Positions 29,501 to 39,708 of a stretch of DNA of 64,000 nt are shown in pieces. The translations under genes were made by a program, and so were the position numbers. How positions within the stretch are numbered: position 1 is the stretch's first letter; every line of letters begins with the position of its first letter. Origin of the DNA: a virus. The stretch covers positions 71,243-135,242 of IMG/VR virus record IMGVR_UViG_3300024255_000006; one strand, 5' to 3'. Below the pieces are notes generated by a model. That model saw only the letters and a program-made list of their open reading frames with translations, was not told the DNA's origin and did no database searches.

Positions 29501-32500
29501 CAAATACCAATACGATTACAGGCGAAGGTACGTATCTAGCATTTGGTGTTGATAGAAATGCATCCCATCAAAATGAATCTGGTCTTTGGGTAGCTGAAGA
29601 AGGTCGCAAGCAATATACAGATAGTGTATATGAAACAGCAATCTCTCCAGGTTCTACAGGATCGTATACTAGAATTTTCGTTGATGTAAACACTCCAAAG
29701 TATCTGACTTATTACTGTCAGACTCATGGAATGAACATGAAGGGAAATCTTTTCTTCGATGAGCAATCAATCTCGAAGATTTACATGATGACTGAGCATG
29801 AGAATGGATTCTCGACTGGTACTGATTTCTATGTTGTTAATACAGTTTCTCCAAAGGTTGTAGAGATTGTTGATCCAGCTGGTACTGCACCTGATGGTCG
29901 TGGATATGTTGATATTGTTCAAACCTTGAGCATTAATGCACAAGATACTAGAGGACTTCCTCTAGCAACAGCAGCAGATCAAGGTTATGACGCTCCAGAA
30001 CAAACTGGTAACCAACTAATTGGTTTTAAGGGTTCTTATGAACTGCAGATTCAGTCCAAGAACGTTGATTATTCAACGAACACAATTACTTTTGATGAAG
30101 ATCACAAGTTATATGATGGTGCTGCATTGTACTACTATCCAATGCCTGGTGATAAACCAATTGGTGGTTTGATGAGATCGCAGGTTTATTATGTACAGGT
30201 TGTAAATACTAAAGCAATTAGACTACACAATGCAGGTGTAACTCCATCTTACTATAGCAGTGGAGTTAAGATTGATAAGTTCGATGACTGGGATTATCCA
30301 GTTACCCTAAGAGAATGGGCATTCACTGGAATGCGTCAACCACAAACAGCAGAATATACCACTGAGTATACTCAAGATATTCGCTACGGCATGTCTCATG
30401 CTATCTCTAAAGATGGTAGAACATGTGCTATCGGTGGTAGATATTCTGATGATGGGCAAACGAACCGTGGACAAGTTTGGGTTTATCAGAAGAATCCATT
30501 CACTAATGAGTGGGATTGGAAGCAAAGATTCCAGCCATACACTTCGGCAGGATCATCACAGTATTTTGGTCATGCAGTTGCTCTAAACAAAGACGGTACA
30601 AGACTTATCGTTGGTGCTCCAAGAACTGACCGTGCAGGTAGTGATACTGGTTCATGCTACGTATATGATAGAGCGAAAGCTTACGCTAACATGACTGGTC
30701 CAGAAGATTATGCTAACTACTTCGATGGTAATTACCAGAGCTTCTCGGGTACACATGTATTTGAAAGTAATGATATCTCTGGTATCGATAACGATACATC
30801 CTCTTACATGGGTACTACACTAGATATCAATGATCTAGGAGATTACTTCATTGTTGGTATTCCAAGAAACGATGAAAACGGTGGACAATCTGGTGTTTGT
30901 GTCGTTGCACATCAAACAAACTTTAATACAACCCACCAAAGAAATGGTGGTAGTGGTAGTGGTGAAACTTATGACTATGAAGAGGTTAAACCTACCGATG
31001 GTACTTTTAGTAGTGAGGACTACTTTGGTGCAACAGTCAAGATGGCTGGAGATCAATCCAAGATTGTTATCTCTGCAGATCGTGATGACCAATCTCAGTC
31101 TAATTCTGGTTCGGTTTACATTTTCAACAGAGGATCGGGTAATACTTGGACTCAGGCACAGAGAATTAATTCTCCTGCACCATCTGCGAGTGCATACTTT
31201 GGACAATCAATTGCATACTCCAAAGACACTATGTGGTTGGGTATTGCAGAACCAAGACAAGAGACTAGTCGTGGTAACGACATGGGTCAAGTCCACATCT
31301 ACAACTGGGATAGTGGTACTGGATCGTATGTCTGGAAGCAAACTCTAGAGTGTCCAGAAGGAACTACTAACTGGGCAGATGGTAAGTCTTCAATCCATTT
31401 TGGTGGTAATGAAGTCGATGGTGATAACCCCGACGGTAGCGGAAAAGGTCAAGGCGATGGTCTCGTCATGAGTTATGATGGTTCTGTAATGTGTATTGGT
31501 GTTCCCCAGTACGACATTAGAGACATCAGACCTAATACTAGCTTCTCTGGTACTGACATTACAAATTACAGTAATGTAGGTGCAGCATTCACATATCGTT
31601 TGAATGATACTAAAACTGGATACGATAATGATGGTAAGATCCTTTGTGATTACAGTCATGATGGTAAGTTCGGTGTATCCATGGCTATGGATCAGCACGG
31701 TGAAGAAATGGTTATCGGTGCTCCAGGAACCAATATTCGTTACGATGACTCCACTGTTAATCTGGGTGTCTCGATGTTCTACAGTAGAGCACATACTGCT
31801 AATGATTCATCTGAATCTCCAAGTGCAATTTCTTCAGTTGGATCTGATACACTAACAATTAGTGCTTCAGTATACAATACTCTAAGAGATGAAGACGTAG
31901 TTCTTTACTACCATGCTCCTGCTGCATCTGCTGATGGTTCTGGTGGTGATCAACTAGTCAGTGGTACTAAGTATTACATCACTAAGAGAGGAAGTAATCA
32001 GATTAGTCTCTCTAGTACATTTGATCTTCAGAAAGCAGGTACATATTTAAACCTTAATTCTAGTGCTGGTAGTGGATTACGTAACATCAAGAAACTTCCT
32101 AGAGGTGCTACGTTTGAAAGAGGAAACCACAAATTCGCTCTCTGCTATAGAATTCAGAGAGAAGAGAAGGATGGTTCTTACCAGTGGTACTATAGAACCA
32201 TGTACTGGAAGCTTCAAAACCAAGCAAGTGGTTCTTATCTAAACGGTGTTGGTGCTGCAGGAATTACATATGGTTCTGGTTATGATCTTTATCAATATGG
32301 TGCTAACTCCTATGGTCTAGCAGGTGCTGGTGGATATGTTGGAAACGCTAGTAACGTTGAAAACAGCATGATCTTCCATACCTACAGACCTGGAATTGGA
32401 TATCCACGTCATAGAAAAGTAATTGAAAACACTGGAGTAAGATTCAGAGGTGTATATGCAGAACAACATAACCAAGGATGGGCGCAACATTTAACAAATG

Positions 32501-35500
32501 AAGGTTGTATCTATCCACAGACCAAAGCAATTACAGGTCATAGAGGTGATCCACTTCTACAACCAAGAAACACCTCTGCAGAGAGAAACTTCTACGGTCC
32601 TTACGGTTCTTCAGGAGATTCATCAATTGCTCCTGGTAACTGTGCTGTCTATAATGACAATGCAAACCCATATACAAACGGAACTACCCTAGACGGTCAG
32701 ATCAAAATTTATGGTAACAACAGAGAGTGGAGAAGTTACAACAGAGAAACTGATGTTTCTAACTGGCAGAACGATTGGTCTGGTTCATTGTACTGGATGC
32801 CTTTGTCTAGGGTAAATGATCAAGACACAATCTATTCTGAGAATCACAACCTAATTACCAATGAAGTGTTAACGTTCAACGTTATAACTGGTGAACCAAT
32901 CGAGTATAACAAAAACACTGGTTGGAATACCAGCGACACGGACACGCTAGACAACGGTACTAGCGTATATGTTGAGGTTGTTGATGATAACAGATTCAGA
33001 CTCAAGACAACACTTGCTGGTCAACCCCTAAGACTTCTCCAACTACCTGGAACGTATTCACTAACAGGTGTAATTGATAACCCTAAGAGAAACTCAATGT
33101 ATGTTGAGGATCACCAGTTGTCTGAAAACAACAAGGTTATCTACAGCAATGAGGGAAGTGCAATTATCAGTGGTCTAGTTGATGGTGATACTTACTACAT
33201 TGATGTTATCAATGGTAACAGATTTGCACTAAGAGATTCTGCTTCGGTTGCATTTACTGGTAGAGCAAGATCTCTCAATACAAACAGTGCTCCTAGCAAC
33301 CAAACCAGAATTACCAGACTATCAATTACTACTGGTCTACAACTGGGTATGAAGGTTGATCTAATTGCAAATACTCAGGGTCTATCCCAAGAAGGTGAAT
33401 ACGAGATCACCAATGTTAACTTCACTACTGTAAACGCAGATACTAACTACATCGAAGTCGATAATCAGTGGGGTGGTACTGCTACTTCATTGGTAAGTAA
33501 CGTTTCATTCGCTGCTGCGGTCTCTTCTGAAGTTCTATCTGGTGTTGGTGCTGGTCAACAAGCATTTGAAGATCAGACTTCTGACTTCGGTGTTTCTGAC
33601 GGTGGTTATAAGAACACTGTTATTATCGATGAGAAGACTCTTGAGATTAACGTTCCATTTAAGGTACGTCCTACCAAGAAACTCTTTGATACCAGCAATG
33701 ATGTAAGTCTAGTCAACAACTCATTCACAATCGCTGATCACTTCTTTGTAACTGGTCAGAAAGTTATCTACTCTAACAATGGTGGACTAAATATCGGCGG
33801 TCTATTAAACGATACCGATTACTACGTAATTCAGTTAGATGATAATGAATTCAAACTTGCAGCGACAAGAGCAGAAGCAGAAGCAGGTACTTCTATTGCA
33901 TTAACCGAAGTTCCTGGAGTACCACAGAACCATCTGTTTACCCACGCTAACGTTGCTGGTCGTGTTCTTGGTGCTGGTAGACTTGATATTTCCAATGGTT
34001 CTAGAAGAATCCTTGGTACACAAGGTGATGCTACTTACACCGATACATCCTTCAAGCGTTACTTCAAGGTTGGTGATGTTATCCGTGTCCTAGACACAAA
34101 CACTTCACCTTCAACCATCCACCAGCGTCTAATCACCGCAATTAAGGATGACTTTGAAATGCTGGTTGACGAACCATTCACATTTACCGACGCAAACTCT
34201 CAATACTTTATTGATACTCTTGTTTATGTACGTCCTGATGGATACTATCTCCACAGACCATTTGACGGTGGTATGGAAATCGGTTCATCCAAGTCTCCAG
34301 ATGGTCTAATCTGTCGTCAAACACGTAAGTATTTCCGTTACCAGTCAGGTAAAGGTATCCAGACCTCACTTGCTATCAACTTCAATCCAAAGATCGCTGC
34401 TAAGTCAATGTCTTACAGACAGGTTTCTGGTGATGTTTATGGTAACATCGAGAACTATAGCGTTTCTAACGCTCCTGGTGATGTTTCATGGACATTCACA
34501 GGAGATGCTTCTGGAAGTAACCTTGGACTCACACTCAAGGCAGGTGATACATTGAACATTGCGGTTGCAAATGGATCAGATAATCTCTGGATTACTTCTT
34601 CTACTGCAACTACTGGTCTTGGACCATCTTACGCTGATAACATCAACGTTGGTATCACAAATAACGGTACTAACGATGGTACTATCAAGTGGGATACAGA
34701 CAAAATTACTGCTGGTACATACTACTTCATCTCTCAGCAAAACCCAGTTGCAATGCGTGGTGAGATTGTTATCTCGGACGCAGCAGATGGTGCTAAGAAC
34801 AGAATGGTTATTGTAACAAGATATCCACATAGTGTACAAGAGAACACCAACGTTATTATTAATGACTCAGCTGATGCAGAATTCAATAGCGGAACTAACG
34901 GATGGAAAGTCATTAATCTTGTTGACGACTTCACATTTGAAGTTGACCTCAAGACTTTAATTCCAACATCTTCCAACGCAACTGGATTCCTAGGATATCA
35001 TATCAAGGAATGGTTGAATTCTGCAGTACGCTGTGGTATGTTTGACTTCCAGAATGGATTCTTCTTTGAATTCGATGGAACTGATGTCTACTGTGTAAGA
35101 AGATCTTCTACTCAGCAGATGACTGGTTCAGTTTCTGTTCGCAGGAACAGCAACGAAGTTTCAGGTATAGGTACTAAGTTTACCACTCAACTTGGTTTCG
35201 GTGATAAAGTCGTTATTCGTGGTCAAACCTACAAGGTTGTTAAGGTTACTTCCGATACAACCCTTAAGATTCAACCTTCTTACAGAGGAACCACAACTGA
35301 TAACGTCTTGATCTCCAAGACAGTTGATACTAGGATTCCACAATATAACTGGAATATGGATCACTGCGATGGAACTGGAGAGTCTGGTTACAACCTAGAT
35401 CTCACTAAGATTCAGATGGCGTATATGGATTACTCCTGGTACGGTGCTGGTAAGATCCGCTTTGGATTTAAGGATCAGAACGGACACGTCAAGTACGTCC

Positions 35501-36612
35501 ATGAGTTCAGACATAACAATCGTCTCACCGAATCTTACTTCCGTTCAGGTAACCTACCTGCACGTTATGAGATCGAATCTAGCGGTATCTCGTCTCACAC
35601 ACCAACCCTGTTCCACTGGGGTACTTCGGTCATGATGGATGGTATGTTCCAAGATGACGATGCTTACCTATTCACTGCATCTGGTCAGGTTCTTAAGTAT
35701 ACCAACGAAGATTCAGTTGCGATTACTACCAGAACTGATACTTCATATGTACGTACACAGAGAGTTTCTAACCTCTATAAGCACTACATTGTTCTTAGAT
35801 TTGGTACAACTAACGCCCAAGCAATAACTGCTCAAGCAGCAGCACCTGTTGGTACTTACCTCTATAATGATTCGATCACTGGTTACCTTTCGGGATTCTT
35901 CTCAGATGGTCGTCCAGTCTCCGCATACAATGAAACCAGACTACTCTCAAATGAGTATCGCGCTTCTATTCTATACTATGATGGTACTGCATCTGAACTC
36001 AGCTACTCACCATACAGATCATACAGAGGTTCAACTGGTTACCTGGATGAAAGCGCAAACAAAGTTCCTGGAGGAACAATCTTCTATGCAGGTGCTCCTC
36101 AGGGTGATCCAAACGTCGTTGAGTCTAATATTCCTATTATCTCGATTCGCTTGGCTCCATCAGTTGACTCTTCAATCCAAGGTCTACTTGGTGAAAGAGA
36201 AATCATCAACAGAATGCAACTTAAGTTGAATGCGATTGATATCCAGACATCTTATGAAACTGAGGTTGAACTCAGACTCAACGGTGCTCTAAGTTCTGAC
36301 TCCTGGTATACTGTTGACTCTCCATCCCTATCGCAACTTATCTCACATGAGAAGGGCGACACGATCTCGGGTGGTCTTAAGGTCTTCACCTTCCGCGCAG
36401 CGGGTGGTTCGACAGGATCAGCAGAAACCACGACTCTTGACCTATCGAAACTGATTGACCTCGGTAACTCGATTCAGGGTGGAGATGGCGTATTCCCCAA
36501 CGGTCCTGACGTTCTAACAATTGTTGCGAACATCATTGACTCTTCGGATGTTAGCTCTAGTCAACCTTACACAGTCTCTGGTAAGATCTCCTGGGCAGAA
36601 TCTCAGGCATAA
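26530..36612 (+). CDS. Giant multidomain tail fibre/adhesin (3360 aa) with BNR-type and FG-GAP beta-propellers and cupredoxin-like domains
   Basis: SNPENLVDTDFEYG..KWE and RQTRKYFRYQSGKG family motifs; repeated VVG.SG.V..S.DG..W; seven FG-GAP-like blades (e.g. YFGHAVALNKDGTRLIVGAP...G.CYVY). Confidence 0.75.
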   Translation: MAKKLVYEYQFNASTRKIKIYDNVSVKKLLLITNVTDNIILYNFADEAKGAASVTFDPITEHTEITLNFDTTSMSDSDQLQIFIEKPEVAFEPSETFVDPVSKIRVSNPENLVDTDFEYGPQASKWETLQLVNNIPSAYSNTSDTTISGIISISATNGSDVIVVTTKFEHNLNPGTPIDVRGLTSFTAEGSYLIQSVPTPSTFTYRCRGTQSQTGNLSGAYSSVIPGQFYSNSQLILDSYDGLLADSRNYIVDIPGGSGGGFYIDGVASPDLTITKNGIFYFTQEANSNTTHRIRFARADQFVDEVTKQIHHLDDGTEGSPVVFATNNTTANVYASDNGYIYTADTDIEIVGSQWLETTYNLTAGSAALPAGPVFNKGAYASTLKLQIRVGAAGLIATSTDNLNWTVQTSGTPNDLYDVDYDGAFFTVVGDSGTVLRSADGTSWTAVAGTTGTTNYRGVRSNSQDLVIVGAGGEIRQSSDGGANLTVRTTSGSENLEAAAWSGQKWTVVGASGAVYTSPDAVTWTKETAVGSANNLTDIKWDTDNDQFVIIGASGTLLTTPDASTFTTRTTGLSNTLIGLACGDGGNGYRIVIIDTQGDGAYSSDGGVNWVAFTTGTGVTTTECYWTGYAFNIFQHTGTPGTNAASTYFSAIQQPYTAIPAGQIQFGASGTVRPRDIVWVTDDNQFVLCADNNGAGTNGGIFVSSAGTSWTEKSDANIPNESFLKVQYAGNAYWFLTEDKLHSTADGTTFATWTEILDKSNITTNSGFSTDTVVTGGSAYNAGTNISLTTLTGDGSGAEATVVVVGGVVSDVTITNAGKDYKQGDRVQISGGNGDAILEVATIGTGVNSTASTFRDFFISSDAGIIAVVGSDGAIVWSINGGTSFEVDNVGTNINLNGIIRDDTYENQYAVVGDAATGAFVATATNLETWTRVPTSNIPVTTNLTSIFFDGERYVAAGAAGSIISSYDGTHWSKVIGYGIDADINFAASFTNTNTITGEGTYLAFGVDRNASHQNESGLWVAEEGRKQYTDSVYETAISPGSTGSYTRIFVDVNTPKYLTYYCQTHGMNMKGNLFFDEQSISKIYMMTEHENGFSTGTDFYVVNTVSPKVVEIVDPAGTAPDGRGYVDIVQTLSINAQDTRGLPLATAADQGYDAPEQTGNQLIGFKGSYELQIQSKNVDYSTNTITFDEDHKLYDGAALYYYPMPGDKPIGGLMRSQVYYVQVVNTKAIRLHNAGVTPSYYSSGVKIDKFDDWDYPVTLREWAFTGMRQPQTAEYTTEYTQDIRYGMSHAISKDGRTCAIGGRYSDDGQTNRGQVWVYQKNPFTNEWDWKQRFQPYTSAGSSQYFGHAVALNKDGTRLIVGAPRTDRAGSDTGSCYVYDRAKAYANMTGPEDYANYFDGNYQSFSGTHVFESNDISGIDNDTSSYMGTTLDINDLGDYFIVGIPRNDENGGQSGVCVVAHQTNFNTTHQRNGGSGSGETYDYEEVKPTDGTFSSEDYFGATVKMAGDQSKIVISADRDDQSQSNSGSVYIFNRGSGNTWTQAQRINSPAPSASAYFGQSIAYSKDTMWLGIAEPRQETSRGNDMGQVHIYNWDSGTGSYVWKQTLECPEGTTNWADGKSSIHFGGNEVDGDNPDGSGKGQGDGLVMSYDGSVMCIGVPQYDIRDIRPNTSFSGTDITNYSNVGAAFTYRLNDTKTGYDNDGKILCDYSHDGKFGVSMAMDQHGEEMVIGAPGTNIRYDDSTVNLGVSMFYSRAHTANDSSESPSAISSVGSDTLTISASVYNTLRDEDVVLYYHAPAASADGSGGDQLVSGTKYYITKRGSNQISLSSTFDLQKAGTYLNLNSSAGSGLRNIKKLPRGATFERGNHKFALCYRIQREEKDGSYQWYYRTMYWKLQNQASGSYLNGVGAAGITYGSGYDLYQYGANSYGLAGAGGYVGNASNVENSMIFHTYRPGIGYPRHRKVIENTGVRFRGVYAEQHNQGWAQHLTNEGCIYPQTKAITGHRGDPLLQPRNTSAERNFYGPYGSSGDSSIAPGNCAVYNDNANPYTNGTTLDGQIKIYGNNREWRSYNRETDVSNWQNDWSGSLYWMPLSRVNDQDTIYSENHNLITNEVLTFNVITGEPIEYNKNTGWNTSDTDTLDNGTSVYVEVVDDNRFRLKTTLAGQPLRLLQLPGTYSLTGVIDNPKRNSMYVEDHQLSENNKVIYSNEGSAIISGLVDGDTYYIDVINGNRFALRDSASVAFTGRARSLNTNSAPSNQTRITRLSITTGLQLGMKVDLIANTQGLSQEGEYEITNVNFTTVNADTNYIEVDNQWGGTATSLVSNVSFAAAVSSEVLSGVGAGQQAFEDQTSDFGVSDGGYKNTVIIDEKTLEINVPFKVRPTKKLFDTSNDVSLVNNSFTIADHFFVTGQKVIYSNNGGLNIGGLLNDTDYYVIQLDDNEFKLAATRAEAEAGTSIALTEVPGVPQNHLFTHANVAGRVLGAGRLDISNGSRRILGTQGDATYTDTSFKRYFKVGDVIRVLDTNTSPSTIHQRLITAIKDDFEMLVDEPFTFTDANSQYFIDTLVYVRPDGYYLHRPFDGGMEIGSSKSPDGLICRQTRKYFRYQSGKGIQTSLAINFNPKIAAKSMSYRQVSGDVYGNIENYSVSNAPGDVSWTFTGDASGSNLGLTLKAGDTLNIAVANGSDNLWITSSTATTGLGPSYADNINVGITNNGTNDGTIKWDTDKITAGTYYFISQQNPVAMRGEIVISDAADGAKNRMVIVTRYPHSVQENTNVIINDSADAEFNSGTNGWKVINLVDDFTFEVDLKTLIPTSSNATGFLGYHIKEWLNSAVRCGMFDFQNGFFFEFDGTDVYCVRRSSTQQMTGSVSVRRNSNEVSGIGTKFTTQLGFGDKVVIRGQTYKVVKVTSDTTLKIQPSYRGTTTDNVLISKTVDTRIPQYNWNMDHCDGTGESGYNLDLTKIQMAYMDYSWYGAGKIRFGFKDQNGHVKYVHEFRHNNRLTESYFRSGNLPARYEIESSGISSHTPTLFHWGTSVMMDGMFQDDDAYLFTASGQVLKYTNEDSVAITTRTDTSYVRTQRVSNLYKHYIVLRFGTTNAQAITAQAAAPVGTYLYNDSITGYLSGFFSDGRPVSAYNETRLLSNEYRASILYYDGTASELSYSPYRSYRGSTGYLDESANKVPGGTIFYAGAPQGDPNVVESNIPIISIRLAPSVDSSIQGLLGEREIINRMQLKLNAIDIQTSYETEVELRLNGALSSDSWYTVDSPSLSQLISHEKGDTISGGLKVFTFRAAGGSTGSAETTTLDLSKLIDLGNSIQGGDGVFPNGPDVLTIVANIIDSSDVSSSQPYTVSGKISWAESQA

Positions 36613-36633
36613 TCTTCCAAACACACTGTTAAT

Positions 36634-36668
36634 CATAAATACCTCTAGGAGACTAGGGGTATTTTTTT
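36634..36668 (+). terminator. Intrinsic terminator overlapping late promoter CATAAATA (36634-36641)
   Basis: AAATACCTCTAG-GAGA-CTAGGGGTATTT stem-loop followed by a T run, directly before the gp13 GTG. Confidence 0.8.
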
Positions 36669-37505
36669 GTGGCTCAACCATCCAGTAGATCAGATTTAAG
36701 GGACTACTGCTTAAGGCAGTTAGGATTTCCTGTGCTTGAAATTAACTTAGATGATGATCAAATTGATGATGCTATCGATGACGCTCTTCAATATTACAGA
36801 GAACGTCACTATGATGGTTCAGAAAGAATGTATCTAAAGCATCAGTTCACTGCTGATGATGTTACACGATTCACTTCTTCTGACGAAACGGAAACTACAG
36901 CAGCTCCAGATGCTACTACCTGGGAAAATAGAGATAATTTTCTTGAGATTCCAGATCATGTATTTGGTATTTCTAAAGTATTTGGTATCAGTTCTTCATT
37001 TGTTCGTAACAGTTTGTTCGGACTAAACAATCAATATTATCTGATGGATCTGTTCTCATATACATCGGGAACTGGTCTAGCATTTGGTGGTGTTGATATG
37101 GTCAACTATTATATGGTTAAGTCTCATTTTGAGACTGTCGATATGATTATCAACACTGGTGCTCTGGTCAGTTTTAGATTCAATATTCGACAGGATCGTC
37201 TTTATATTGATATTGATCCAGATAGAGTTACAGAAGGTCAATATCTTCTAATCGAATGCCATAGAGCATTAGATCCCCAAGATTTTACCAAAGTTTATAA
37301 CGATCCATTTATTAAAAAGTATGCTACTGCTCTATTGAAAAGACAGTGGGGACAAAACCTAATTAAGTTCAATGGAGTTCAACTCCCTGGCGGCGTATCA
37401 ATGAATGGTAGAGAGCTCTATCAAGATGCTCTCAATGAAATTCAAGCGTTGATGGATGCGTCTTCCAGTACATACGAATTACCACCTCTGGATATGATCG
37501 GATGA
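36669..37505 (+). CDS. gp13: Neck protein gp13
   Basis: L..YCLR.LG.PV.EIN.DDDQI.D.IDDALQY; KRQWGQNLIKF.GVQLPGGV..NG; GTG start. Confidence 0.92.
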   Translation: MAQPSSRSDLRDYCLRQLGFPVLEINLDDDQIDDAIDDALQYYRERHYDGSERMYLKHQFTADDVTRFTSSDETETTAAPDATTWENRDNFLEIPDHVFGISKVFGISSSFVRNSLFGLNNQYYLMDLFSYTSGTGLAFGGVDMVNYYMVKSHFETVDMIINTGALVSFRFNIRQDRLYIDIDPDRVTEGQYLLIECHRALDPQDFTKVYNDPFIKKYATALLKRQWGQNLIKFNGVQLPGGVSMNGRELYQDALNEIQALMDASSSTYELPPLDMIG

Positions 37506-38908
37506 AAAAGGTATACTTTCCTCAAAACGGTGGTATTTCCACTGAACAAAATCTAGTACAAGACTTGGTTGATGAGCAAATCAAGTTGTTTGGAACCGAT
37601 GTCTATTATATTCCTAGAACTCTACTGAGAGATAAGACATTGGGAGAAGTTGTTTACTCGGAGTTTAATCAAGCATACATGATTGAGATGCTTCTGATTA
37701 ACGTAGAGGGATTTGGTTCGCCTTCAGAATTCATCAGTCAGTTTGGTGTTCGTATTACTGACGAAATCAAGTTCGTCCTATCAAAAAGAAGGTGGGAGCA
37801 ATCACTGGTTCCTGCTTTAAGTCTGAATATAACTACCAGACCAAACGAAGGAGATTTAATTTATTATCCTTTAACAGGAAATGCTTACGAAATTAAATTT
37901 GTAGAAAGAGAATCCCCATTTTATCAGTTAGGTAAATTATATTACTATGAAATTACTGCTGAAATTTATGAGCAGGGTAGTGATGAGTTTGATACTGGTA
38001 TTGAGGAAATTGATGAGATTGAACTTGATAATGCAGTTGTTACTACACTAACACTTAGTGTTCAAAGATCTGCAGCAACTGCTACCAGCACTCTAGCTTC
38101 TGGTGGAGTGATTGGATCAATTAATCTGACTAGTGGTGGGTCTGGATATAGAACAGCACCAGCAGTCACATTGCCTGCTCCACCATCTGGAGGATCGCAA
38201 GCAACTGCTACATGTACAATAGACAATGGTGTAGTAAATGCTGTTCAAATTATAAATTTAGGATCTGGATATACAACACCACCAACAGTTACATTTGATG
38301 CTCCTGACCTTCCCGCTGATTTTCTTGCTAGAGAATATGTTGTTTCTGGTAACTTTATTGATAGAGGTGGGGATAGAACATGGGCAGCAGATGGATCTGG
38401 TCTTGTTTTTATCGATCACTCTGCATCATTTGATCCTACTTACGCTACAACAACACAATCAAAATATTTCTTCTGGAGTTTTGAAGACAATAGATTGAAA
38501 TATAGATATACGTATAATGGAACCACTGCTACTGTAACCAAAGGTCATTTCTACTACGACGCCGCAAATAACAGATATGTTTTAAACGCATATGAGGCAA
38601 CCGACACTAGTGGAAATAGAGCGCAGATGTATGATTTGTCTTCGTCTGTAATTGGTGAAGTTGCTAGCTGGAATGGATCTAAGTTCCAACTAGGTATAAT
38701 GAATAAGACTGGGGATTTCAGAGATGGGGATTTAATTAGAGGCACTACTTCTAATGCCCTATATACTTTAGGAGCTTTTACCTCAATTGATAATCTCAAT
38801 TCTGAGTATGATCAGAATCTATCCATTGAAGATGGTGGTGACGACATTGTTGATTGGGTTGAAGGAAATCCTTTCGGTGAATATGGTAATTTTACAGGTA
38901 GTTTCTGA
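37502..38908 (+). CDS. gp14: Neck protein gp14 (with internal insertion)
   Basis: EQNLVQDLVDEQIK.FG.DVYYIPR; PNEGDLIY.P; C-terminal E.NPFG. Confidence 0.92.
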   Translation: MKKVYFPQNGGISTEQNLVQDLVDEQIKLFGTDVYYIPRTLLRDKTLGEVVYSEFNQAYMIEMLLINVEGFGSPSEFISQFGVRITDEIKFVLSKRRWEQSLVPALSLNITTRPNEGDLIYYPLTGNAYEIKFVERESPFYQLGKLYYYEITAEIYEQGSDEFDTGIEEIDEIELDNAVVTTLTLSVQRSAATATSTLASGGVIGSINLTSGGSGYRTAPAVTLPAPPSGGSQATATCTIDNGVVNAVQIINLGSGYTTPPTVTFDAPDLPADFLAREYVVSGNFIDRGGDRTWAADGSGLVFIDHSASFDPTYATTTQSKYFFWSFEDNRLKYRYTYNGTTATVTKGHFYYDAANNRYVLNAYEATDTSGNRAQMYDLSSSVIGEVASWNGSKFQLGIMNKTGDFRDGDLIRGTTSNALYTLGAFTSIDNLNSEYDQNLSIEDGGDDIVDWVEGNPFGEYGNFTGSF

Positions 38909-39708
38909 TGTTAGGATCACATTTTTATAACGAAACCATCCGAAGAACAGTAGTCGGTTTCGGAACCCTATTTAATAATATTGAGATCAAGAAAAAAGAT
39001 CCCACAAGTGGGGAAGTAATTGAGACTGAAAAAGTTGCATTGGCATATGGTCCAAAGCAAAAGTTTTTATATCGTATTTTTGAAAGCCCATCAACTCAAA
39101 AAGTTGCAATTACCATGCCTCGCATGTACTTTGAGATGAATGGGATTTCTTATGATGCTGCTAGAAAAACAAGTCCCATCCAAAAATATAAAACTGTTAT
39201 TGAAGATAATGGAAATGAACTGAGAGTTCAGTATGTACCTGTTCCATATACTTTGAGTTTTGAAGTTGGTATTCTATCTAAAGATCAGGATACTGGTCTT
39301 CAAATTCTAGAACAAATCCTCCCATACTTCCAACCATCTTTTAACATCACATTAAAGATGATTCCTGATATGGATGAAAAACGAGATGTTTCCATCACTT
39401 TGAATAATGTTAATTTGGAAGATGAATGGGACGATACATTCTTAAGTAGAAGACTAGTAATTTATACATTACAATTTACTGCTAAGTCATATCTGTATGG
39501 TCCATACAATAAGGCAGACATCATCAGAAAGGCTACAGTTTTTGAAAGCATTGGAGGTAAGGATGTTAGTCGTAGGGCAGCAGAACTTACATACACGCCA
39601 AAGGCAACTACAGATCTCAACCAAGATGGTCAAGTCGATGCTAATGATGATTTAATCGTCACTTCAGATGATGACTTTGGATTTAATAGTGGGTTTAATA
39701 TCTTATGA
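38908..39708 (+). CDS. gp15: Tail terminator / sheath stabiliser gp15
   Basis: MLG.HFYNETIRR.V..FGTLFNNI; LAYGPKQKFL; QILEQILPYFQP. Confidence 0.93.
   Translation: MLGSHFYNETIRRTVVGFGTLFNNIEIKKKDPTSGEVIETEKVALAYGPKQKFLYRIFESPSTQKVAITMPRMYFEMNGISYDAARKTSPIQKYKTVIEDNGNELRVQYVPVPYTLSFEVGILSKDQDTGLQILEQILPYFQPSFNITLKMIPDMDEKRDVSITLNNVNLEDEWDDTFLSRRLVIYTLQFTAKSYLYGPYNKADIIRKATVFESIGGKDVSRRAAELTYTPKATTDLNQDGQVDANDDLIVTSDDDFGFNSGFNIL

Noticed and set aside
26270-36612. Diversity-generating retroelement suggested by the Mtd_N-like domain
   Set aside because: No reverse transcriptase and no TR/VR pair differing only at adenines were seen; the long repeats found are identical or vary at wobble positions
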